Of a DNA stretch of 64,000 nt, positions 26,934 to 38,614 are shown in pieces. The notes below the pieces were generated by a model. It was not told the origin of the DNA. It saw only the letters and a list, made by a program, of their open reading frames with translations, and did not search any database. The DNA is from Raillietiella orientalis (Eukaryota). A program made the translations under genes and the position numbers. The DNA lies in contig JAYWIR010000039.1 in NCBI GenBank assembly GCA_036172245.1, forward strand, positions 1,798,001 to 1,862,000, given 5' to 3'. Position 1 is the first letter of the stretch. Each line of letters opens with the position of its first letter.

Positions 26934-29169
26934 ATGGACACTTTTACCTCAGCAGATGATGTTGACGCGTGCTACGATACGCTAAGGATGGAAGATTCTG
27001 TAATCGAAATGAAGGATGTCAATATGGACGACATTCAAGAATTGCAGCATCCGATTTCTCCCAAGAGAATACGCAATCCCAATGCCATTCTGACAAGTTC
27101 AAGTTTCGGTAACATGAAATGGATGGAACGAAATCGAGTAACTGGAAATCAAGTTCTTTCTTATTTGAGTTGCCCTGCCAAATTACCCAACGATGGATTC
27201 TTACCGTGGACATCAGCATGCACTGTGAACAATAACGAATGTGTGCGCAGCAGTGCAATGGATATTTTCCAAGTCGACAAAGGGGATTTGATTCAAGATG
27301 GTCCCACATTGGCCGAGTTGAATGCTACTGATGATAACCTGTTCGATGATCTTAGTTTCGATGATTTTCTGTTACTGGAAGAAACTCATAATCCCGAAGT
27401 GACTCGAAGTATCGATATCAATTCTCCAGTAATGAAAGCAAACGTTGTCAGTGAAGAATTTGTCAACAGTACGAATCTGTCTGTTGATCAGTCACAGCCG
27501 TACTCGTCAAATCTGAATCCATTACAAATATCGGGGAAGTCATCATCCGCCTATTGCTCCAGCCCCTTGCCGTCACTTCGTCTTCTGTCCCCGGAATCGG
27601 TGTCGCTATCGCCCATAGGCTGCCCTTCTCCTGTTGAAACGGGTCTGCGTTACGGATCGTCGGAACCGAAAAACAACAGTACTTTGCACCAGTTATTAAT
27701 CAATAACAGTCCATCAAGATTGCGTAACATCCTATCTCCCAAGTGTGAGTCTCCAGCCGAAAAAGCGCCAAAGTCGCAGCAATTGCCGTTCGATGCTAAT
27801 GTATCTGATATGCGTCTGTGTTCATCGGCGCCCACTCATTCTTTCATGGAAACCATCTGGCAGCACCGGGAACCCAGGACCCATCTTCTTTCTACGGGAT
27901 CTTTGGCTGAGGATAGGGTCCCAGGAGATTCGACGTCGTCTCTGTCGACAGACTTGTTGAGTCCAACTTCTTTCGATGATGATGAGTACCATTCGGATGG
28001 GAGTGACGTCCACTGCGACTCATCAGACTTTGGTGAGTTCTCGACCCGGTGCGGCAATCGTTTTTTTCTTACTGTCTTTTACTTTTGTAGATTCTGACGA
28101 CAGTGACATGAAAGAAAGAAGTTTCGTTTCCACATCGTTGAATAAAAGGGAAAAGTATTTCTGGCAGTATAACGTGCAGTCAAAGGGTCCCAAGGGGCAG
28201 CGGATAGTTATGAGCCCAGCTCTCAGCGATCCTCATGTGCTGAATGCAGCAAGTGATCCGGTGTTTAATCCTACGGTGACCGTTAAGGGGATAAGACACA
28301 GGTGAATACCTTTTAAGTTCCATGTGGGGGAGAAAAAAAAAAAAAAAAATGCTTGCATTCAACCAGTGGCTGCGCTTTCTTCTTCTTCTTCTTCTTCTCT
28401 CCTTTCGTCACTAATGACGGTTTTATATCTATATCTGTACATATATACCGCTGTGCATTGATTTGCACCATTTGATGTGCGTGCAACAGGTAGCATAGTT
28501 GATTTTCTTGTAGCGGAAAAGCACGCCGTGGGGACGGGAACGATTTGACACCGAACCCGAGGAAACTCTTTGGAATCGGCAAGGAACTCGACAAACTTTT
28601 CGATGTTATCAACGACATGACTCCTGTCAGCGAACTACCTTTTCCCGACCGAGGCAAAACGCGAAAGGAGAAGAACAAGCTTGCGTCGAGGTTATATTCA
28701 CACCACAGGGAGGAATCTCGGTGATTAAAAAGTTTCTTTACCGTAGGGCTTGTCGCCTTAAGAAGAAAGCCCAGCACGAAGCCAACAAAATCAAAGTTTA
28801 CGGTTTGGAACAAGAGCACAGTAAGTCTATGCAGGGGTGCCATGTGGCTGCATGCTCAGCCCGGCTGTGTGTTGAAGGACGCTTGATGGAAGCCATTTCT
28901 CAAGTTCGGTCGATTTTGATTGCCCGCGTGATGGGTCACGACTTGAGCGGAGAGGCGACGCAGCTCATAGAGAAGATCAGCAAGGCAGCCTTAAGTAAAT
29001 ATGCCGGTCCCCACGCCAGCGAACCTTTAATGCGAGGCTTTCAGAACCGAAGATTGCCGGGCATGCAGCCGAATTCGTCAACCGCGTCATAGACAGAGTG
29101 AAAGAGGGAGACCACAGCGGAGGACTGGATGAATTGAGTGGCGTCAAAACCAATCGATTAAAAAAGTAA
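26934..29169 (+). CDS. CREBRF: CREB3 regulatory factor / REPTOR-type bZIP transcription factor; exons 26934-28032, 28091-28301, 28514-28690, 28747-28820, 28878-28994, 29045-29169
   Basis: Spliced C-terminus has [67 protein letters not shown] and [12 protein letters not shown]...GGL. The N-terminus is Ser-rich with GPTLAELN. Introns are 58, 212, 56, 57 and 50 nt. The start codon is inferred. Confidence 0.9.
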
Positions 29170-29591
29170 GCCGAACACCCCCGTCGACGTGAAGTGCTGT
29201 CGTACCTTGAAAGTGCAATATGTGATGCCGGTACATTTTTGCTCAAGGATAAATTATGATGAGGATTGCGGAAGTTCAGAAACGTATTTTTGTAAAAAGT
29301 GATCTTTATATATACCCTGCATTTAGCTGAATAGCAGGATGGTGATACATTTTGGAAAACAAGTTAAACGCGGTGATTGATACCAGTGAAGAGGAAGTAC
29401 TGTTATTCAATCTCTTTTCAAAGTGTACATTGAAATTGATTTTATTTTCCTCGTTCAACTTATGAATGTTGAGTAAAGAAAGATGATTTAATTATTTCAC
29501 ATGTGTTTTGATTGATCGTCATCCGTGCGGCAGCAGTGCTTTTGTTGTGGGCCCCCCGCCACCAGGGAAACAGGCCCGCAGCGTGTTCCAG

Positions 29592-29951
29592 TGACGTCAG
29601 CTGCCTGGCACTTTCTTCTCTCAAATTCGTGGAATGCGCTGCGGAGGAAGACGGAGAGCCGAGCGTCGCGCAAGCATTTTCGCGCGAAAACCGCGCGCGA
29701 AGCGTAGGATTCCGCGTGCCGCGCTTTACGCACGCGTAGGTTGCGTTTCCTCTGAAGTTCCGCAGGGTTGCCCACGAGCGAGGAGAAGGAGAGGGAGAGA
29801 TGGGAGGCAAGTAAACGAGGTTGTGTTTCCGGTGATTGACGGCCACCGCAAAGGCAGCGTAAAGGGGAGCATTCCGGGAGATCCAGCATGCGTCCAAAAG
29901 TTTACACTTTGGGGAAAAAAACCTTAAAAACCCCACTGGATCGCAAAAGAG

Positions 29952-29982
<31 letters not shown>

Positions 29983-30006
29983 CTTACTTTGGTGTTGTTA
30001 CGTAAC
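29592..30006. promoter_or_regulatory. CpG-rich patch with CRE (29592), palindromic E2F-like site TTTTCGCGCGAAAA (29677-29690) and bZIP palindrome GTTACGTAAC (about 29997)
   Basis: Motifs read directly from the sequence; target transcript unknown. Confidence 0.35.
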
Positions 30007-32049
30007 GTTGGTCGGCGCTCCGATCCTGTCGCGCGGTGCTTATGCTGGTGGTGTTTCTTGCGCGGAAGGCTATCCCGCGAAATCCGAAATCTTTAAAACA
30101 TTTCACAGGCGTCGTCAGGTGTGTGTTTCGCAATGCTCAACAACTTCGTAATCCTTCGTTAAAGTTGTTCGGTGATCCTGATACGATGAAGGCAACCAGA
30201 TGTAGCCAAAGCATTCCATCTTTTGTAAGTAGTAAATATGACGTAGCCACGGAAGGTTCTCATTTCCGTGTTGTCACCGAGGGCACTGCACAAAATCCGA
30301 AGCTTCCTCTCAACCCCTTCTGGTTCGCTTTTCGTGCTTTCGGTCAGCTCTGTGGGACCGATTTCTTGGGCATCAAACAACACTTCTTTGACGTCGCCGA
30401 AACGAAGTCAGCAGGTGCGACGAATTCCTTAAACTGTGCTTCCGTTGCCCTCGTGTTTTCTCTCTCCCCCCTTCGTCTGCAGCTTCCCAGTGCTTGGCGA
30501 TCCTCGTGTTCTGGAAACACCCATTTGCTTTGGAATTCGCTCTTCTCACCGGAGTCTGCTTGCGTTATTTGCGCAACAGGCTCCCGGTGTGCGAATGTGC
30601 TCACATGTATGTAACACAGATTGTGTTCACTGCCACCATGCTCGAAAACAGCATTTCTGAATTCGCTTGCTGCCATGAGGGGCGAAGGGATGCAGATCAT
30701 GCAACGAAAGCACTGTTCGATTATTCTTGGCACTCGTAACCACACTCTTCGAGAGATCAGTAATTTCTTCGAGTATTCAAGTACATTTTCTAGGCTTCTG
30801 CCTAGAGCATTCCCCGAAGATGGAGTTCTCATCAGGAACAAAAAAAAAAAAAAAAAACGGTATATTTTCAAAGACGGGAAAAATATCTTCTGGGTGGAAT
30901 AGTCCGCTTTCGTGTTCCACGGTCAACTCTGAAAAGTAAACAAGAAATTCCAAAGTGTGTTGGAGTTGGGCAATAATCAGTATGTTGTTTATTCTAGTTT
31001 AAGTATTCATGTCCAAGTTTATCGATATCTTAGAGGAGATTATACAATGGTTGTTTATCAGTCATCTTGGTGGATGCTGGGAATCGGGGTTTTCTGAAAA
31101 ACATTCGTAGTTTCAGTGGAACACACAGCTTACACTTCTTTTTCCGAACGTTCCCTGGATAAAATAAGGATTGGATTACTACTAGGTGCATGGTTTTCCT
31201 TTCAATCACACAAAATAACAGGTGAAACGAGCGTTAAAGGGGTCCTTAGCTAATTCATTTGGTTTCACATGCAACATTGTGTTTCAAAACAGAATGCAAA
31301 ACTGTGCAGACTTACATTCACATATTCATTTTAGAGTAGATCGCACTTGAAATACACCTGCTAGCCATTATAGCACCTCTTCTGGCAAGCAGGAGCCGAC
31401 GTCTTACCCTCAAGGGAAATCCCATTTTCCAAAACAGATTCTTGTAATTTTCTTTGCCCGTGTCTTCGCAACAAAAGCAAAAGGAAAGAAATGATGACGA
31501 ACAAATACACAAATACGCATTTAAACAGTAATTTTACTTCTGGCATGCTTGGGATGAAGAAAATTGAATTTCATCTTCCCCTTCTACTCTTACACCATTT
31601 ATGTGTTAAAAGTGATCCTTATTTTCAACAAACTTGTATTCAAACCATTGCTTGAAAACAGAGTCAAAATATAAAAGCATGTAAGCATTGGTCACTCAAA
31701 AATTAGATTCTACTAAATAACACCCAACTCTACTCACTTACGAATAGACTAATTTGCTGATTACTCAAGAGAATTCTCGTTTTATTGAATAATTTAAAAA
31801 CGATAAAACAAAACATACAAACCCCTCTTCTGGACAAATTCTATATGAGAGCTTCCAAACTCAAAATTCACAGGCATATGTCATGTTGGCAACTTATGTT
31901 AACAAATCAGTGCATAAGGAAAAAGAGGCTAAACAGTTTCTTACTTAGGCAATTTATTCATAAATTACACTTCAAGAAGTCACATTTGATTCCTAAAATG
32001 TGAATAAACTCATCTGACACATTAATTTCGACAAATATGAGAGCACAAT

Positions 32050-32763
32050 CTACCTAGAGAATTCATGGGGAGTAGGAATTTCAAACATGAGAACTCTGTT
32101 CTCATTGTCATGATTTGCCACTTTATTAATAAGAGTAGAAATTTTATAAAAATGGCACTGCCTTAAATTGTTGACATTGTTCTGCAGAGGCGTATCATAA
32201 GGAGGTGATAAAATATCTAAAAATGCCAAAGTCTCAAATGGTGCACAAACTTCATGAATATTTCCAGATACTGGTTGCAAAATTCCAGCTCTGTCTTTGG
32301 ATGTTAAAAATATATCTTGACACTTTTCACAGATAAGAAATTTTGTTGGATTATTAAGGAGAGAAACTTCATTGAGAAGATTTGGCTCAACTAATTTCAA
32401 ATACTGTTTGGGGAAATACGGATACTGTTCAACAGGAGTATATGATTGAATTTTTGCTATTCCAGTCAGTACTTTTAGAATACCATACATATCAGGGTGA
32501 TCATGCAATGGAATACGACAACCATGATGCACTATAAATATTCCCATACTTATATCATCATTCCGAAAAATTTCATGATATGCCACTGGACTACTTAGCT
32601 TTTTGATTTTCTCTTCTATGTTCAAATCACTGGAATTGACCTCACTGACTAAATCACTTAATTCAGAAAAAAGTTTCTCTGTGTGTAAACTTTTAGAAGG
32701 GCATTTTAGATTGTTGTGAAAGAGTTCAGTTGCTTTTGCGATTATTCTTTGAATGGATGCCAT
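32050..32763 (-). CDS. ADO: Cysteamine (2-aminoethanethiol) dioxygenase, ADO/PCO family
   Basis: Single 237-aa ORF with SMGIF, IPLHDHPDMYGILKVL (HxH), NIHEV (third His), AFLDILSPPY and RQCHFY. The C-terminal end is uncertain (see findings). Confidence 0.9.
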   Translation of the reverse strand: MASIQRIIAKATELFHNNLKCPSKSLHTEKLFSELSDLVSEVNSSDLNIEEKIKKLSSPVAYHEIFRNDDISMGIFIVHHGCRIPLHDHPDMYGILKVLTGIAKIQSYTPVEQYPYFPKQYLKLVEPNLLNEVSLLNNPTKFLICEKCQDIFLTSKDRAGILQPVSGNIHEVCAPFETLAFLDILSPPYDTPLQNNVNNLRQCHFYKISTLINKVANHDNENRVLMFEIPTPHEFSR

Positions 32764-35700
32764 TACTTTTATGCATCTGCTTTAACGCCAAAAAAAAGGT
32801 AAATCAAACATAACCGACGAATGATTAACTTAACGCTGTTCAAAACAGAAGCTGCTGCATTATTCTGCACTACTCATGAAACATGAAACATTTCCAGAGT
32901 TACAAAATTTTGATGATTCATTTGTATGTTAACTAATACTCAGTTAACTAAGTACGAGAGAAGTATACTTTAAATTCCCGAAAATGTAACTATTTGAAAG
33001 AGAAAAAAGTTTTAAATTTATTCTACACGAAATAGGCATTCATTTTTATGAGTCCAGTAGGATATTCGAGAATTCGTAGCATCCTTTTCAAACACATACT
33101 TCACAATGAACTGAGGTACAACACACGACTTCATACGCTTGGGTAAAACAACGGAAGGAACATTAACATTCGAAAGTTGCCACAACCAACTGTCGAGATC
33201 TTGTATTGTTTGTGAATATTCCATTCTTTCCTCCCTTCATTTGATTTAATTTTGAATATTAATAAATATTTTCATGAACTGTATTCAGATAACGCATCGA
33301 AAGGAAGTTGAGATTGCAAATGCTTTTCTATAAATGTATCAAAGAAGAAAAAAAAAAACAGCAAAACTGAACAGAAAAGATTCTTTATTAAGGAACAACT
33401 AATGTAAAAAAAAAAGTTTGAAACTCAGATAGGTTCATTACAAATATAATGTAAAATTCATAAAGTGACTAAACTTTCTCTTTTTTATAAGCACATAAAA
33501 CAAGGTTGAATATAGAATTACACATTTTTCAAGTACCGAACTGAATGTTTACATATTACAAAAAAAATTATAAAATCAGAGAAGCCTAGCAGCTCCTTTA
33601 TCATGTCACTCTGTAGAGAGCTTCATTTCATCATTAAATAAAGGCTTCATCGTTCCGTGAAATCTTCACATTACTAGATAAAGGTTATGGTGTTTATGAT
33701 TTTGGTATCTCAACTTCAGCTAATTATAGAAGATGAGCTCATTTTCTTGAGTAAATTCATCATCATCTGTTTATCCTATTCAATAATTATTCTACATTAA
33801 CTTTTCTCTAAGATACTGAAATGCACTTCATCATATTTTGAACCCCTTGTTTTTTAATCCCATATGGCATTCATAATGAATACATTCTTGAATCTTCGAA
33901 CTTGTCTTGTATTAAATAAATCATTAGATTGCCTCGAGAAATATCTATTTCTTTAAAAAGAATGTTCATATGAAAAAAAAATCAAAAATTCAGCAATAAC
34001 ATTCTTTCATAAATAAGAGCATATAATTATTTAAGAGATTCATTTCAAAAAATGGTTTAAAATATCCAAAAATATTACACAATTTAGAAGTTTTAGAAAA
34101 TTCGTGCGCTGTGCCTTTAAGTAAGAATAGAAAGCAATGCAAAACTAACCAATTTACTATCAGCTAATACTTTGTAAATGTAAACATCGTATAATTATAG
34201 AAATGCACATTTGGAAAATATTAGAAATCTAAAAAAAATCAAGGAAATTTTTTTCAAAACCTTGAACAAGGTAGTTAGCAAAAAGTGAATTTCCATCACC
34301 TACATGCTTTTGCTATTACGAAACTCTCATTGTACATGATTGCTTTCAATAATTCGAGCATTCATTCATTCAAAGTCACAAAATTTTTTACAAGGATCTT
34401 ATTAACTGCTATCTCGACGATGATTCCATTTATTTTTTCTCAAACAAATATTATGACAGAAAACATGATGGGTCAGTTCTAAAGAATATCTTATCATGCT
34501 TTGTTTTCTTTCATTTTCCTTTGATGAATACATGTTTTGTATTTTTGTTTCAAGTCACGAGTAATTTTATATGAGTAATCCCTTTAGAGATTATTAATTA
34601 TCACGGTGCAGGAATGTTTGCTAGAAGGGATTCCCAGGGGTTATTTCCTTTGGGAAGTATTCCGATTTCAAATGCATGCACATAATCCGAAGACCAATTA
34701 ATTTTACATGGGACACTATACAATGTCATACGTAATTCAAAGTTCTGTAAAGATCCTTCTTCACAAGAGCTATGACGGAAGAGCTGAGGAAATTTTAATG
34801 CCGGTCACATGATGCCATTTATTCACTTTCAGTTCCACTGCTTCTTCTCCCATGCGTTTCGCGTTGTACTTTCTTCCCTTTACACAGAGGATCGTGGTAT
34901 TGTTGTCAAGCTGATCACTTTTTCCCCTTTTAGAGCAGGATACGAGGAAGAATTCGACTTTTTTGCGTGTTCCCCAGACAATGCCTTTGCAGTTGCCAAA
35001 AAGCCTTGTTGTGATCTGTTGTTGGTAATCATGAAGGCATAAAACCAAGGTAAACAAAAAACTTTGGGTTTCAGTTGTATGCTGCTTTCAGTGACGAACC
35101 ATCTTCTCTGCTTTCGTTCTCTCTGCTGTTTCATGTGATTCTCGGCTGTTCCCAGCTGCTTCCTAGTTCTGTCATTCTCGAAATATGTTCTTTTTTCCTT
35201 TCACCCCGCACGCTTCGTGAGCTTTTGCATTCTCTCGTTCAATGGTATAGAGTTTCGTGAAATCTCACCTCATGGTAAATCATTAGGAGGGGCCTCCGGT
35301 AAATTTCTGTCCAGACACGCATTTCCTCTAGGATCTGAAAGAACAATTCCTTCCATGCACCCTAGTTATCCTACTTTTTGTTTCTCTTGATTTTTACTCT
35401 AGGGTGACTAGCATGCATAGTGCACTTCAGTTGCCATCAACTGACATGAGCTTCTTCCGCTGTCTCTCAAGGTTTTTGGTAGATACTTGCATGGTTCGCA
35501 TTCAAAGACTAACTGTTAACAATTCGAGAATTTTGGTCCATGTAGGAGCGCGCTCAGCAGGCAGTCAATCGTTAGCCTCAGGATCTAGAACGCCGTGCAG
35601 GCTTAGCCTCTCTTGGAGAAATTTCTGCAATCATGAGTGAGGTGGTCTTAGAAACGAATCACAGCTGCTAATTCGCGCAATAAGTGAAGAATTCTTTGGT

Positions 35701-38577
35701 TCACATATGGTGCTGCTAATTTCGGACACATGGTGCGAGTTCTGCTGTTTCACTAGAACCATTTTTCTAATCTTTCGCAGCGATGTGCGTCGAGTAGGAT
35801 ATTTTTTGAGCTGTAAAATTTATACTGAGATGAAAGAAAATGGTTTCTGATATTTATTTCGCTTGTTCATATCAGTTTCATCTTGGAAAACCTGAAACTG
35901 TATGAACATCCGTACTTTCCATTTCTTCTCCATACACCAGCTCTACCTGCATCTCACGAGGTCACTACTGCTACCTTAGCAACTTCTCATTATTTCAGAG
36001 GTTCTGTGCTCTCTTATTCATCATTGATTACTATACAGAAGAAACGTGTTCGTATGGAAACCCGGAAAGACGACTTTCGAGAGTTTATTTCGGAAATGAG
36101 GAAAAACAGGATAACAATAAACAAACTAAGGTGTAAAAATTAAAATCGTTGAATACAGTTTTCGTGTACATCTGTTCCAAATAAGTCTAGAGGTCCTCCT
36201 ACTCCTGATTCAGTAAACTGATAAGAGGGGGATGGTAAAGTAGGGGATGATAAACTGTTCTCAACTGATAAGAGACAGTTCGTGATCACAGTGAAATTTC
36301 CATTTCAAACCTATGTTTAATTTTTGTACTTGTAATTGGAGTGTGAAGGGTAAAGTGTAATGATTCGAAGGCACAGCTCCAGGCTCCAAACATATAAACA
36401 TGAGGGAGAATGACGCCTTCAACCTCAATTCGTACTGGTTGCACCTTTTGTTTTCCTTCAGGCCCGGAGGGAGTAGACTTATGGCATGATCGAAAGACAC
36501 AGTGAACGATTTGAAGCCCCTTCAAGATTCCTGATTCCATTGTCATGGTGGAGATATCGGCCGGCCTTCTATTCATCATACAAAATATTAGCGGAATTAT
36601 AGATAGCATGATTAGTTACAGATACCAAATTATAACAATTTCATACTGGTGGCAGCGGGATAAGTTTTCATATACGCTAACATTTACCTGCTATAAAAAA
36701 AAAATTAAAACAAGCCCAAGGTCTTTCACCAGCTCCTAACAGTCACTGACATTCACCAATCATCCACAGTTCCATTTAAGAGCTAATTCCATACTTCCAG
36801 ATGCTTGCTATATTAGCGCAATGGTAACTGCTGAAATTTTATTCCATATCTGGTTTTAATGAAAACAGCAAGTTAGCTGGAGAACCTTTAGCCTCCATGT
36901 AAATGAAACAAATGGAAAACTATAAGTAAAAGATATGACACACGAAATTCAGATCATTAGCGGTCGAATTTGAATTTCCGTATTTAAAACTGCAATTCGA
37001 TTTTTGCATCCTCCTGTCTGCATTGGACTTATTTAATCGGCTATTGATGGTTCTGCTCAGTGAATAAGACAGTTTTCCTTGCGTCTGAACATAAAGAGTC
37101 CCACAGCTCGTTGCCTACTTTCTCATATAGGCAGTTTTATTCAACAATTCCTTTTCATAATATTCTTTACTCCGTTCTGTACCAAATCATGCATTAAGTT
37201 GTCAAGGTCATTTTTTCCGAAATTTTCCAGAATCCGTGCTTTCCCCATCCCCAGAGGTCTGTGAAATAAGAGATCTTAAGGATCTTTCATGACAAGTGAA
37301 TAAAGTGGTCATGTCAAATCACAGAATGCAAGCACGCAAGTCAAATACAGCACAACCAAGACATTTCCAAATGTCTGTGATTCAGAGGGTGCAAACATGT
37401 ACAATGGGTAAAGAGAGAACCTGGAATTCAGAAAACGACCCTAAGTTCACTTACCTCGGAGAGTACTCGCAAAACAGAGAAACTGCTTGGATACTGAAAA
37501 CGCGAGCGTGCAATGCGATTCATTTACCTTTATTCAAACTTCCAACTACAAACTGGAATACTTATAGCTCTACACTTCTAAACGTATCGAAAAGAAACTT
37601 TAAATGAATGTACCCTACAAAATTGCTAATGAGGAAGAAATGCAGGATATTCACTCATTAGTCAGCATACCTATATAATCGTATACTCAAAATTTATACC
37701 AAGACATTCAAAATGCTTCAAATACAAACCATCTGAATTTTCAATTCTGGAGTGCTGGGGAGTGCACTGCTATACAGATAAACAGGTTCCGGAAACGTCA
37801 GATGGACAAGTAGAACTTTTCATGCGGAAATAACAAGCATTCTAAGGATGCTGCCTCCCTGTTTCAACAATTTTGTAACCTTTGCTTCCAAAACAAACGC
37901 AGCTGGATGCTAATTAAGACATGAAAACATATCAGCAGTCAAACAGATATTGAGATTTGTATAAGAAACCAAAGGTAAAAACTTGCATATCATCTCTATA
38001 CCAGGTAAAAAAAGCATCAAAATGAATGTTCTCCCGAAGCATCTTGATACTTTAAAAGGTATGAACCAGCCTTTTCGCGTTTATGTTAGGTAAACACCAT
38101 GGCATAAATGTCCAAAATTCACTGCAAGTGCTCCGTGTTTTATAAGGTCTTTTTTATTATGGTAATGGATGCCCATAGCCACATGTATTTCACAGGGCAT
38201 AGGATTTGTATCTCTTTATGTAACTCATAGTATTTTCAGTGAACTCAGGTGAAAACGTTTTTGAACTGATGATTAGACCAAACTTCAAAAATGTGAAATA
38301 AAAAAGTTAGCTGTTCAGATTATGCTCATTGATGATCACTTTTTTGCTAATTAACATGAAATAATTCAAAGAAATCATGATACATGTACACGAAATGATC
38401 CAAAAATTGTACTTCTATAAACAGAATAGCAGCACTTTCATGTTCCAAAGAATCTTTATTTATATAGGGGCAAAAACTTCCTGTGACTTGAGGAAATGGC
38501 TCCTTGACATTCTTAAATATTTACAAGTTCGTGTATGTAGCACACAGAAATAATATACTGTACACAGGAATGGTAAA

Positions 38578-38614
38578 CACAGCTTTCACAAATGGTACAT
38601 TTGTGAAAGCTGTG
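38578..38614. repeat. Perfect 17-bp inverted repeat with 3-nt loop
   Basis: CACAGCTTTCACAAATG-GTA-CATTTGTGAAAGCTGTG. Confidence 0.9.
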
